This document shows, piece after piece, positions 50,880 through 63,203 of a stretch of DNA of 64,000 nt. The DNA comes from Felis catus (taxonomy: Eukaryota), in assembly GCF_018350175.1 (NCBI RefSeq), contig NC_058368.1, positions 231,944,001 to 232,008,000 on the forward strand. Reading direction: 5' to 3'. The translations under genes and the position numbers were made by a program. Positions within the stretch are counted from its first letter, which is position 1. The number at the start of each line of letters is the position of its first letter. The notes under the pieces were generated by a model. That model did not search any database. It was not told the DNA's origin and saw only the letters and a list, made by a program, of their open reading frames with translations.

Positions 50880-51095
50880 GTATTTTTTTTAATGTCTTAC
50901 TTTATATTTGAGAGACAGAGAGACAGAGAGTGAGCAGGGGAGGGACAGAGAGAGAGGGAGACGCAGAATCCGAAGCAGGCTCTGGGCTCCCAGCTGTCGG
51001 CACAGAGCCCGACGTGGGGCTTGAACCCACGAACGGTGAGATCATGACCTGAGCTCAAATAGGACACTTAACCAACTGAGCCACCCAGGCACCCC
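50880..51095 (-). mobile_element. CAN-SINE
   Basis: Full reverse element. Confidence 0.95.
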
Positions 51096-51862
51096 TTAAT
51101 GCTATTATAAATAGATATTTACGACTTTGGTAAACTTAATGGTGCCTGAACAACTGCCGTTAGGAAAATATTTCCATTTGGACAAATTTTGCCATCAGGC
51201 ATGTGGGGCCCTTGGAGACAGGTAATTTGGTGGTGTCATTTGAAACGTGTTCTGTTTATTTGATGTCTGTCCGTCAGGTTGTCCCGTGTCCATGTCTTTG
51301 ACTAGGTAAGGCAGGAGACGTGTGTTAGCATCATTATGGGGAATTGAAACTCAGAGTTCTTTTTTTTTTTTTGGTAGGTAAAGACAAGTCCCAGCTCTTC
51401 ACCATTTTTTGGTCATTTGTCTGGCCGGCGTTTCATGGGAGTGCGGGACATACAGGTGGTGCTGTGCCGACGGCGGCTGAGTTGGTGTCCTCTCTTCTGG
51501 GACACGTGCCTTTCATGTGGTCAGTTCAGTGATAGGAGTCACGGGGATATGGGAGGGAACCTAGCGCAGTTGAAGGCCCCCCTTTACAATGCCGCGCAAA
51601 CGAACCCATGAATATTGGCTGTCTGCTGTGCACTGGGCGCCTGGATGACCTTCTGCAGGTATCCGCTCTTTCTCTCCTTGAAATCACCCAGCAAGGGGTG
51701 GGGGGGGTGGCGAATATCCTAATTCCACGCACAGAGAAACGGCACCTCACCGAGCTCAAGTAACTTGGCCAAAGTTTTCATTTCCACAGTGGCCTGAGGT
51801 CTCCCCAGCTCCCGTCTCTCTGCCGGCGTCCCCCTGGCTTTTATTAGAAGTCCTCCGGTTCA

Positions 51863-52085
51863 GGGGCGCCTGGGTGGTGCAGTCGGTTAAGCGTCCGACT
51901 TCGGCCAGGTCACGATCTCGCGGTCCGTGAGTTCGAGCCCCGCGTCAGGCTCTGGGCTGATGGCTCAGAGCCTGGAGCCTGTTTCCGATTCTGTCTCCCT
52001 CTCTCTCTGCCCCTCCCCCGTTCATGCTCTGTCTCTCTCTGTCCCAAAAATAAATAAACGTTGAAAAAAAATTAAAAAAAAAAAA
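51863..52085 (+). mobile_element. Young felid SINE (SINEC_Fc type)
   Basis: Perfect 18-bp TSD agaagtcctccggttcag at 51846-51863 and 52086-52103. Confidence 0.97.
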
Positions 52086-53090
52086 AGAAGTCCTCCGGTT
52101 CAGTGTGGGCAAATGAAGGCGACCCAGGCCCGTCAGGATCTCTCTCCTGGGCCTTCTGAAAACTTGACTTTAGCTATTCCTTAAAACTGAGAAACGTGCT
52201 GCCTTAAGTTTGGCAGGCTCTGAGTTAGAATTCGTGGCTACTGGATGCCAGGGGAGACTTTCATGAGAGCATGTAGGGCGGGTCCCCAACTGTGGGATTC
52301 CTGTGGAATTTTGGATCTCCCGGGAGGGGGGTAGGTGGGGTGGGCCCATTTTTCAGTGAAATTATTTCTGCGTTACTCGGATTCTCAGAAGGGATAGAAA
52401 TACTGTAACAAGCAGGGCGTTTTGAACACCCTGTTTTGCTTCCTGACATGTGCAAACACAGTCTCAGGGGACGTTCCCAGAGTTGGCTGTTTGGGCCTGT
52501 TGTTTCATGGCGGGAGAAAATACTGGATATCTTGCTTAACATTCTGTACCTCTGAAGTTGCTTTCAAACCGTGTGGTTTCTCGTTAAACTGGGCGAGAAC
52601 ACGCTCAGAGAGCTGGGTATCTTACCTTGACCCTTTCTTTGGGCAGCTGGAGAAGCTGTTTTGGAATCTAGCACCTGTTCACAAAGAAAGAGACAGCAAA
52701 ACAGCTCACTGCTTGTTGGCGTACGGTCACAATTGCAGGACGCGCCTTTATGACTTAACCTCTGGCGGTTGTCTGAGACAGTCCGCCTGGAAAGATCCTC
52801 GTGTTTGTTCATTCATTCCTGGCTACTTCCTCTGACCTCAAGAACTGGCTATCAGAGGTTGGTCAAATCAGGATTTCTTACCCAACAAGGGGAAATTATT
52901 TGTCTTCAGACTATGTGTCCCTGGGACACCAGAATGATCCTTCTAATTGTCCCTCATTGCGAATGTATTTCAAAATAATTTGATAAAATACGAATGTAGT
53001 GTTATAGCCTTAGAGACTTGGAGCTGGTAGCATGTCTTATAAATGGTTTAGACTTGGCCTAAAGATTTATTGCTGAGATTAGAAAGCTAT

Positions 53091-53312
53091 GGGGGTCCCT
53101 GTGTGGCTCAGTTTGGTTAAGCGTCCGACTCTTGGTTTTGGCTCAGGTCACGATCTGAATGGTTTGTGAGACTGAGCCTGGTTTGGGCTCTGCGCTGACA
53201 GTTCAGAGCCTGCTCGGGATTCTGTCTCTCTCTCCCTCTCTCTTTGCATCTTTCCCACCGTGCAGACTCCTCTCTCTCTCTCTTTCCCAAAATAAATAAA
53301 TAAACATTAAAA
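53091..53312 (+). mobile_element. CAN-SINE
   Basis: TSD aaag(c/t)tatgg. Confidence 0.93.
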
Positions 53313-53929
53313 AAAGTTATGGCACGCAAGCAGTAATTTGAGTCTTGTTTCTCTCCTTCCATATTTATATAAATACAGATAAACACACACACGCACACAC
53401 GCACACACACACAGACACACGCACATACACACACCATAGTGGAGACTCTGTGTTGAAACCACTTGGCTCTATGACTTTGATTAGAAACAAATCATTGCTA
53501 TGTTCTTCTTAACCTCATGACAGACAGGCTAATAAAAGCATGCATCACCAGTGTTTGGGGAAATAGACAGTTGTGGTTTCGCAGATGGGGAAACTAACAT
53601 AGGAATCACATGGATGTCTTCTAAAAATGATTCCCAGTAGGACACTGAGCCTGGCTTAGAACTTGGATACAGACACCGTGGAGTTTTATAACCATCCCTT
53701 TGCTGTGCTTCTGACCAGATCCAGTGGCAGAAGAGAACTATGTGTATACAGTTTCTGTTTCTCTTTTCTCTCGTTCTCTTTTTTTATTTTATTAAGTTGT
53801 TTGTGTCCAAGGCTTAAACCTGTGAACACTGACAAGGAATGCTCGGCAAATAAGATTGGCCCATTTTTCAACAGAGTGTGAGATGGCTTAAAATTAAAGG
53901 TTCCAATTTTCATTACAATGTGACAGCAG

Positions 53930-54160
53930 GTATGTGTTAATCATTGCATGCTAGTCAGTGAGATGATGCACGTAAAGGATTCAATATTCTAAAATTCACA
54001 GCAACCCACGGGGAAAGTGCAGTTAATATCTTGGTTTTGTAATGAGGCAGCTGAGCTGTAGAGCAGTCCAGCAACTTTCCAAAAGTCACCCAGCCAGCAG
54101 GGGCTGATGCGGAGACTTAAATTCAGAAAGCCTGATGGAGGAGCTGGGTTTCTTCACCCC
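53930..54160 (-). mobile_element. MIR
   Basis: aattcacagcaacccacggggaaagt ... caactttccaaaagtcacccagc. Confidence 0.6.
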
Positions 54161-54229
54161 CTCCTGCATCTCCTCTTTAGTCCTCAAACATTGGCTGGGT
54201 CTTCGTAATGTTTAAGATCTACGCTCTAT

Positions 54230-54700
54230 ATTGTGATGAAAAGGTGTGCCAGTAAGAGTGTCTCTGCCCAGGGGTTTGCGTGGTGTTGAGGGAAGTAAGT
54301 GCATAAGTAATTATATCACATTGTGAATGGAATGCTGAAGGGTATAGACCATGAGTTTTGAGTACAAGGTTGAAGGAAGAGTTAGTTCTCATGAGGGATG
54401 AGAATGGGTAAATAACAAAGCTTTTGTAGATACATTTGAGGTGGACCTTCACAGGATAGGAGGGATAGATGGAAAGTTGTGCTTTGGAGAAGGCATCCTG
54501 AGCATAAAGAGCAAAAGGGTGTATAGATGCCAAAATGCCAAATCATGCCTGAGATTGTGTTGCATCTTGCAGGCCATGCTCAGGGACTGTCCACAGGATC
54601 GAGTTCAGAGGGTCCAGACAGAAGCAGTTAAGCCATGTTGAAGATAGATGGAAAAAAGAGAGAACAGAGTGAGGGATATTCAACTAGGACACGGGTCAGG
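54230..54700 (-). mobile_element. Degenerate L2 fragment
   Basis: acatttgaggtggaccttcacaggatagg ... gaaggcatcctgagcataaagagcaaaagg. Confidence 0.5.
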
Positions 54701-54729
54701 GCAGGGAGAGAAAGGCATTCGACAGGTAC

Positions 54730-54935
54730 CATTTTGTGGCCTCTTAATACATGTCTTGTGTTGGGGACATTAAAAGAATGAGCTTATGTCGTCCTCATAA
54801 GGACCTCACAAGGACAGGTAGACGGTACTACTATTTTTAGGTGAGGAAAGAGAGTTGGCAAAGGTTAGTATACTTCTCCAGAGTCACCGAGCTAGAAAAT
54901 AGGACAGAATTCAAACTCGCCTTTGTCTGATTCTG
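54730..54935 (-). mobile_element. MIR
   Basis: tttttaggtgaggaaagagagttggcaaaggttagtatacttctccagagtcaccgagctagaaaat. Confidence 0.7.
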
Positions 54936-55420
54936 GAAATCTCTCCAAGGACCTGTGGAACGACCCCCTTTTTGCGTGGTGGAATTGGAGATAAAGTCAT
55001 AGTGTCTCTTCTGAAATTGAGGGTGAGGTTGAGGTGTGCCACTTCTAGAAAGCCTAGAGAGAAATGTTGGTGGAGGGGATTAGCTGTCAGTGGTTTTTGG
55101 CTCCGTGGTTATATGTTTGCAGTGGAACTAACTAGTCCTTGGCCATGCGCAAAATCACCTCATTTTTTAATTGTATGAATATGTGAGTGTTTTGGGGGTC
55201 CTCCTGTATGGGTTAGGGCAGAGGACCCTGAGGGACCCCTGACGTCGGGTCATTACACAGGTGGTGTGCAACCGAGGCTTCATCAGGAGGTGGACCTGTG
55301 ACCCCTGGGAGAGTTCTGAGATTCCAGAAATAATCGAGGGTGGACATGGCGGAAAACATTCGCTTTGGCTGACGTATGGCACTAGATCCTGGGTCTTGAA
55401 TGGAACTTAGTGCTTTGCGC

Positions 55421-55463
55421 AAACAAACAAACAACCAACCAACCAACCAACCAACCAAACAAA
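55421..55463. repeat. (AAAC)n(AACC)n microsatellite
   Basis: Read directly from the sequence. Confidence 0.9.
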
Positions 55464-55834
55464 CATCAGAGCATTTGTCATTTATACGTAATTGAAGCGC
55501 TGTGTCCAAGCATTTGGGCACAGCTTTGATGGATTCTCATCCATCCACCTCTTGCCCACTGGCTCCTCCATCTTGTTCTTCTTTTGGAGAACGACCAATA
55601 CTGGAAAGACTTTCCTTTAGCTCTCTGATGTAATTGCCTTGTCGCTGGAAAAACACCGGGAAGGAATGGAAATTTCTACCCAATATGTTTAAATGAAGAA
55701 GCAGGTGCAGAGTCCCTAGGGACTGTTGAAGGGTTGACGCACGGAGCGTATGTTGGAGATGACATTGAGCTCTTGGGCTTGGGGAGACCTCCACCAACAC
55801 AGTTCTTAAGTGAATGTGAGTTTTAAAATTATTT

Positions 55835-56046
55835 TAAACTAAAAAAAAATATTTATTTATTTGGAGAGAGAGAGACTGTGAGTGGGGAAAGGGCAGAGAG
55901 ACAGTGGGAGAGAGAGAATCCCAAGAAGGCTCCATGCTGTCGGCGTAGAGCCCGACGCAGAGCTCGAACCCATGAACCACGAGATCATGACCTGAGCCAA
56001 AATCAAGAGTTGGACACTTAACTGACTGAGCCATTGAGGTGCCCCC
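55835..56046 (-). mobile_element. CAN-SINE
   Basis: Full reverse element. Confidence 0.93.
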
Positions 56047-56261
56047 AAATTTTTTAAATTTTAAATTATTAGGTAGATTATAGATACTTTTAGACTCTGA
56101 GGCAATTTATAATGGCAACTCATATAAATTATATAGTAATTAATCGTTATAAGTAGTGTAAGATATTTAAAGTTATTATGGAGTCCGATACTTCATGAAT
56201 ATATACGTGGCAACAAGCTATGTGGGTAACTAGTCCATTTAAAACAGAAATTGCTTTAGAC

Positions 56262-57278
56262 TCATTTCTGGGTTTTCTATTTTGTTCTATTGATCCATGT
56301 GTCTAACTTTGGCCAGAACCATACTGTTTCACTTGCTACATCTTTGTAATATAACATGAAGTCTTGAATTGTGGTGCCCCCAGTTTTGTTTTTCTTTTAC
56401 AAAATTGCTTTGGGTTATTTGGGACTTTTTTGTGACTCCATACAAATTTTAGGATTGGTTTTTCTAGTTCTGTCACACATGCTGTTGGTATTTTGACAGG
56501 GATTGCATTAAACTTGTGGATTGCTTTGGGTAGTGTAGACACTTTAACAATATTTTTTCTTCCCATCCATGAGCATAAAATATCTTTCCGTTTCTTTATA
56601 TCATCTTCAATTTCTTTCATCAGTGTTTTCTCGCTTTCAGAGTACAGGTCTTTGACCTCTTCGGTGAAGTTTATTCTTAGGTACATTATTACTTTTGGTG
56701 CAGTTGGAAATGGGATTGTTTTCTTAATTTCTCTTTCTGCTGCTTCATTATTAGCGTATAAAGATGCAACAGATTTCTATATGTTGATTTTGCATCCTGA
56801 GACTTTACTGAATTCATTTATCAGCTCTAGTAGTTTTTAAATGAGTCTTTTGGGTTTTCTGTGTAGAGTGAAAGTTTTACTTCTTCCTTACCAACCTGGA
56901 TGCCTTTTATTTCATTTTGTTGCCTGACTTGTGTGGCTGAGACTTCCGCTACCACTCTTCCGGTGGTGAGAGTGGACATCCCTGTGGTGTTCCTGACCGT
57001 AGGGGAAAAGCAGAGGAAAAGCTCTCAATTTTCCCCCATTATGTATGATGTTTGCTGTGTGTTTTTCGTATAAGGCCTTTGTTATGCTGACATAAGTTCC
57101 CTCTAAACCTAGTTTGTTGAGGGTTTTTATCAGGAGTGCATGTTGTACTTTGTCAGATGCTTTTTCTGCCATCTATTACCATGACCTTTCTCTTATTGAT
57201 GTGATATATCACATTGATCTATTTGTGAATATTGAAACACCCTAGTGTCCTGGGAAAAAATCCCACTTGATCGTGTTG
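56262..57278 (-). mobile_element. Carnivore L1 ORF2 (reverse transcriptase region) fragment, inverted and disrupted
   Basis: Minus-strand peptides [18 protein letters not shown]...[29 protein letters not shown]...[16 protein letters not shown] resemble L1 ORF2p. Confidence 0.95.
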
Positions 57279-57705
57279 ACTGGATAAAGAAAATGTGGTA
57301 TATATGTACAATGGAATATTATTCAGCCATAAAGAATGAAATCTTGCCATTTGCAATAACATGGATGGAGCTAGAGAGTAGAATAGTAAGCAAAATAAAT
57401 CAGTCAGAGAAAGACAATTACCATATGATTTCACTCACGTATGGAATTTAAAAAATAAAACAAGAGGAAAAAAAGAGAGAGAGAGAGAGATAAACCAAGA
57501 AACCGACTCTTTTCAGAGAACACACTGATGGTTACCAGAGGGGAGGTGAGGGGAGGGGTGGGTGACATAGGTGATGGGGATGAAGGAGGGCACATGTGAT
57601 GAGCACTGAGTGATGGATGAGTTGTTGAATCACTATATCGTACACCTGAAACTAACATAAGACTGTATGTTAAGTACACTGGAATTAAAATACAAACTTA
57701 ATCCA
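57279..57705 (+). mobile_element. Carnivore L1 3' end (ORF2 C-terminus and 3' UTR)
   Basis: WIKKMWYICTMEYYSAIKNEILPFAITWMELE, then 3' UTR ...tacacctgaaactaacataagactgtatgttaagtacactggaattaaaat. Confidence 0.95.
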
Positions 57706-58061
57706 AAATTAGCTTTGAGCTCTGCCATTGAGTAAGAACGTCAGTTTCACATTGGTTTCTTGATGGCCCTTTTACTTTTTACGTATACTCATAGCTCATC
57801 CACACCTGCTCCTTCATCCATATCAGGCCAATGGGAACCTGTCCAATGAAAACCTTGGTATATGAAGAGCTCTCTCCTCACCGGCTCCCCCAGTCGCTGC
57901 TATTACCAACTGCCCCTGCTGACACCCTTTTTCCTTGAAAAGATCCACCCAAGTCCCCTTTCGGAATGGGCTGCATTCCAACTTCCTTCTTGACCTCTGG
58001 CTTCTGCTGCTGGAACGGTCATCCCAAGAACCTGGTAGCCTGAGTTGGGATTTGGAATTAG

Positions 58062-58635
58062 CTTTTTATAGCAGCTTTACTTGATATATAATTCACATAC
58101 AATAAAATTCACCCTTTTAAGGTTTACTGCACTTTTCACATATTCTCAGAGTTGTGTAGCCGCCACCATCTAATTTTAGAATATTTTCATCACCCCCCAA
58201 ATAAAACCCCTACCTGTCAGCAAAACTCCCCATCCCTTCTCTCCTTAACCCCCACGCAACCACTGATCTAGATTCCGTCTCTATGGATTTGCCTCTTGGA
58301 AACATTTTGTACCAATGCAGTTGCACGATATGTAGCCTTTGGTGGCTGGTTTCTTTCCCTCAGCCTCATGTTTTCAGGGTTCATCCATGTTGTGACATGT
58401 GACAGTACTTTGTTCCTTTCTCTAGCTCAATAATATTACGTTGTAGGGTATAGCACACTTCTTTATTCATTCACCACTTGTTAATTGATGGGCATTTGGA
58501 TCATTTCGGATTTTTTTGACCATCATGAATAGTGTTGTTATTACCATTTGTGTACAAGGTTTTACGTGGACATCTATTTTTATTTTTCTTCGGTTTATAC
58601 CTAGGACTGGAACTGCTGTGTCACTGGAATTTTTA
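58062..58635 (-). mobile_element. L1MB-like 3' fragment
   Basis: cagctttacttgatatataattcacatacaataaaattcacccttttaagg ... tatacctaggactggaactgctg. Confidence 0.85.
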
Positions 58636-58715
58636 CAGAGAGACGAATCTTTAGTAGCAGCATACATTTGAAATGTAGCTTACACTTTATGAAGTTTAAA
58701 ACTGTGGTACTTTCT

Positions 58716-58912
58716 GGGGCGCCTGGGTGGCTCAGTCAATTAAGCGTCCGTCTTCAGCTCAGGTCGTGATCTCACAGTCCGTGAGTTCGAGCCCCGCGTC
58801 GGGCTCTGTGCTGACGGTTCAGAGCCTGGATCCTGCTTCAGATTCTGTGTCTCCTTCTCTCTCTGCCCCTCCCCTCCTCTCTTTCTCTCTCTCAAAAATA
58901 AACATTAAAAAA
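58716..58912 (+). mobile_element. CAN-SINE
   Basis: Head, body, tail. Confidence 0.95.
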
Positions 58913-59571
58913 ATGTAGGGCTTTCTCTGTTGGTGTTGGTATAATATAGTTGCAAGATTGTCAGTCAACCTAAAGCACTGGGGACATGGGATTGCACAGT
59001 GGTTTTTGAGTCAAACCCAAGTGAATTCAAGTTCTGGCAGTGATTTCTAGACTGACAGTAACTGTGGGCTAGAAGGTTAAGTTCTCTGAATCATCATTTC
59101 TTGTCTGGATTGAACCCACGTCTGTGATTCTCAAGCTGTCATAGTTTTTCAAAAGGTTTTCATGTGACTGCATGCAAAAATGGTAACATTTGTGTGGGTA
59201 ATTTGGTAAACTGGGGAGACTTCTCACCTGGAGGCTAAGGGGTTGGTCTCTGGCACACCTGAGTTGGAGTTCTTTGGTATTCTAGGCCATGCTGGATTCT
59301 GCTCTAACGTGACTCTCATCTGTGAGGATACGGTTTCCTCAATGTGTCTGCACTCTGGCCTCTTTCCATAACCTCTCCTGTTCTGGTCTGTGAGAATCAC
59401 CATTAACGACCAGAGAAAAATGTCAGACGATAAACTAAGCTTTGGAAGGGTCATGAGCTCATCGTGTTTTATGTTGACTATGGCATGTAGAGGAAACTCA
59501 CGAGATTAATGAAGAGTCTGGAGATGTCACTTCTGCACACCTTAGCTCTGAGTTCCACTTAGAAAGTTACA

Positions 59572-59792
59572 GGGGCGCCTGGGTGGCTCAGCCGGCTAAG
59601 TGTCCGTCTTTGGCTCAGGTCATGATCTCACGGTCTGTGAGTTCGAGCCCCGCGTCGGTCTCTGTGCTGTCAGCTCAGAGCCTGGAACCTGCTTCAGGTT
59701 CTGTGTCTCCCTCTCTCTCTGCTCCTCCCCCGCCCGCTCATGCTGTCTCTCTCTCAAAAATATATAAACATTAAAAAAAATGAAAAATAAAA
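59572..59792 (+). mobile_element. CAN-SINE
   Basis: TSD agaaagtta. Confidence 0.95.
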
Positions 59793-60559
59793 AGAAAGTT
59801 ATGGATGACCCCCACCGACACCCATCATTTGATCTGGCCTTTGATGTCGTATTTTTTTCTAAGTTTCGGAGCATCATTTTGTTTTTCTTGATTTGTTTGA
59901 TTCTGTGCTTGCTTTGGTCAAAGCCGTCTTCAGTCAGTGTGTAGCTTAGGTGAAAAATTGAAATTTAAATTCTGGTTTCCTGTTGTGAGTGAAGTCATCG
60001 GCTATGTGGAGTTAGCTCTAGAGAAGCTGGGCATAGCATCTTGTTCTATTTGATTTTTCTCTGGGGATTATAGCACTGATCAGCTCTCCCCTTGGAATAG
60101 GAGCACCCATATCCTACAGGGTGTTCCTGAACCTGAGGGCCCCCGAGCTCTGATCAGATAAAAGAATTCTGGGCCTTTTAAAAGTAATTACAGGCTGTCT
60201 TTGACCCCATCTCTCCTGTTCTTGCTGGTGTTTTCAAGCATGACTATGTGTAACAAGAGTGTCAAGACTGGTCTTAATAGGTCGAGAGCTTCTTCTGCCC
60301 CGGGGGGGAAGGAAATGAATCAGCGAGGGGGCTCACATCCTCGATTCCTCTTGACTCTTCTCTGTAGCATTTGCTTAGCAAATAATACGTATAATTTTCT
60401 TCTGATGATAATAATCACACGTTCCCCTTTGCAGCAAACTTGCAAAAACAATCCCCCAAAGTATTAAACAATCATGCAGAGCCGCATACCTCGGAACGTT
60501 CTAACAATTGGGTGTATTTTCTTCCAGATGCTGATCGTAACAATGAAGATCCACATTGT

Positions 60560-60755
60560 CATATCTCATAATTATTGAGCACTGACTGTGGGCCTGGCAT
60601 TGTTCGATGAGAACAGTACATCTTCACAAACCTTATGAGAAAGGCACAAAGGTTATGCCCACCTGAAGATGGAAATAGAGGACACACAGCCAGCAAGAGG
60701 CAGAGTTGGGATTTGTGTCCAATGTACAGTCAGACACGGAGACCAGGCTTTTAGT
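60560..60755 (-). mobile_element. MIR
   Basis: attattgagcactgactgtgggcctggcattgttc ... cacacagccagcaagaggcagagttgggattt. Confidence 0.75.
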
Positions 60756-60962
60756 GTCTATGTGTTTCTGTTTCACTCCGAGAGTATGTTTGTGTGTGTG
60801 CGCAAGCATGTGAGCATGCATTGTGGGTGCACCCTTCCTCCGTGTGTGTGCATTTATTTACATGCCATACCCAAGAGTTGATTTTTCTGCCAATACACTT
60901 AATATTATACCTTGAGTATTTCTCATGGCCTTAAATTTTCTCTTAAAAATCATAGCCTGTCT

Positions 60963-61143
60963 GGGGCACCTGAGTGGCTCCGTCAGTGAAACATCCGACT
61001 TTGGCTCAGGTCACGATCTCATGGTTTATGGGTTCGAGCCCCACATCAGGTTCTTTGCTGACAGCTCGGAGCCTGGAGCTTGCTGGGGATTCTGTGTCTC
61101 CTTCTTTCTCTCTCAAAAATAAGTAAACGTTAAGAAATTTTTA
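60963..61143 (+). mobile_element. CAN-SINE
   Basis: TSD aaaaat(c/a)ata(g/t)cctgtct. Confidence 0.93.
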
Positions 61144-61332
61144 AAAAATAATATCCTGTCTTCCTGATGTAGTTAATTTGTATAGAACCATTTCCTTCTC
61201 TCTAAGCTTCCAAATCATGATTGTAACACATAACACTCAGACTAGGAGGAACATATTTCAATGTAAATCTTCATTGACATAAAAGATGAATTCTTTTGGA
61301 GAATGTCTGGTAAAGCGTATGAATGCTTTTTT

Positions 61333-61550
61333 TAAAGAGAAAAGTTTTTTTAATGTGTATTTATTTTTGAGACACAGGGACAGAGCACGAGTGGGGAAGG
61401 AGCAGAGAGAGAGGGAGACACAGAATCCGAAGCAGGCTCCAGGCTCTGAGCTGTCAGCACAGAGCTCGACACGGGACTCGAACTCACGAACCGTGAGATC
61501 ATGACCTGAGCCGAAGTCGGCGCTTAACCGACTGAGCCACCCAGGCGCCC
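61333..61550 (-). mobile_element. CAN-SINE
   Basis: TSD gtatgaat(g/a)ctttt. Confidence 0.95.
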
Positions 61551-62683
61551 GTGTATGAATACTTTTAGGCCCCTTAAAATTTCCCACCAACTGCCTCCTG
61601 CTTGTGTTTTAAAAGTGGCAGTCAAAGCAACCCTGGATTCCACCAGGTAGGAACCAACTCTTTTCGGACTTCTCAAGTAAGCAGCTTTGTTCCACAACTT
61701 GCCAATTCGTCGTGATCTGTGAGATTAGTTACCAACCTAGGTAGATCTGTCCGTGCTCCTCGGCGACCAGGTTTCCTCAGACCGGGAGTTCTGTGCCCCG
61801 GAACGTCTGATTTTCCAGAATGAAGTGTTTGTGCATAAAAGCACAGCCCCGCCACCTGCAGCCTCCTCTCCGCCGCTAACGAGCTGCTCTTTGTGGGGCT
61901 GTGGTCGTAACCAGAGAGAACCGCAGGAATTTTCCGGGACAATGAGATTAAACATCGGATTTGCCTCCCACCTGGGATGTTAGAGAAAGCACTTCCCTCT
62001 CCTCTACGCGCTCGACCGGAAACACGATCCATCGTTTATCGACAAAACAAACACGCGTGTTAACCGTGCTCTGATGAATTGCCAGGGGCGTGTTATTCAC
62101 CAGGCTAAAGTGGCGGCTCGGAGGCTGGAGGCCAGGCTGGCCGTGTGGGGTCAGAGAGCACTGGTCAGGGCCCGCGTTCCCGAGCGCTTCTCTGCAGTGT
62201 GAGCGGAGAGCTTGGCATAATACGGTTTATCGGTGGAAGGCTGATAAAACCAATTTCATTTCCTTAGGCGGGGGTGAATTTGTTTTTTTTTCCCCGGCAG
62301 AGAGGAATCTCAAAAGGGGAGGAGTGGGCGGTCCGCGTCTTAGAAATGTCTGTTACTGACTCACGGTTCATGCCTGCGTGCTTGGCTCTTCCTCACTGGG
62401 CTTGAAATGACACTGGGAGTTTCCTGGCTGCGTGGAGAATACTTCTGGGAAGTCGGCCCCTGCCCCGCCGCCGCCGTTTCTACCTTCTAACCCTCCCTCC
62501 TTTAAACCCGCCCTGCCCCTGCCCTGTAGCTACCCTTCTCCCCTGGTGTCCTCCCCCTGCATCCAGCCAGTCAGAATCCAAGGATGCACCTCAGGGCTCC
62601 AGTCTCGTGAGTCAATCCATAAAGCTAATCTCACCTTGCTCATTTATTTTAAACCTGGATATTTTTACTGACTTCAAATTATA

Positions 62684-62684
<1 letters not shown>

Positions 62685-62731
<47 letters not shown>

Positions 62732-62738
62732 AAATAAA
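62685..62738. repeat. (TAAA)n tetranucleotide microsatellite
   Basis: Read directly from the sequence. Confidence 0.95.
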
Positions 62739-62879
62739 TGCTTGTTGGATTTTCAAGCTACGTATAAAATACCTCCACTGTTTCGGAATGACTGCTGGTT
62801 TCTTTGTCCCTGCAAACATGCAAATAGAAATCATGTGATTTTATTTATTGTACATTTTATTTTCTTTTATTATTTTATT

Positions 62880-62996
62880 CTATTTTACTTTTTAAAGTTT
62901 TTATCTTAAACTTGTTTTAGTAATCTCTCTACTCAACGTGGGGCTCGAACTCATGACCCCGAGAGCCACAGTCACCTGCTCTTCTGACTGAGCCCA
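62880..62996 (-). mobile_element. Short tRNA-like carnivore SINE
   Basis: taatctctctactcaacgtggggctcgaactcatgacccc ... ctgactgagcc. Confidence 0.85.
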
Positions 62997-63033
62997 CTCT
63001 TCTTCTTTTACAAGACTGAAAGAACGTTCATCT

Positions 63034-63203
63034 TTTTTTTTTAAATTAATTTTTAATTTTTTAAATATAGAGAGAGCATGAGCAGGGGAGAGGGCAGAGG
63101 GAGAGAGAGAGAGAGCATCTCCACCCTGAGCTTGGCCTCTGGGATCATGACCTGAGCCGAAATCAAGAGTCCGATACTCTACTGACCAAGCCACCCAGGC
63201 CCC
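63034..63203 (-). mobile_element. CAN-SINE with internal deletion
   Basis: gggatcatgacctgagccgaaatcaagagtc ... gccacccaggcccc. Confidence 0.9.

Noticed and set aside
56336..57451. Reverse-transcriptase-like ORFs as a functional gene
   Set aside because: Frameshifted, truncated and partly inverted L1 ORF2.
4402..62614. Window-wide AP-1 (TGASTCA) enrichment
   Set aside because: I noticed about ten sites, close to the roughly eight expected by chance in 64 kb.
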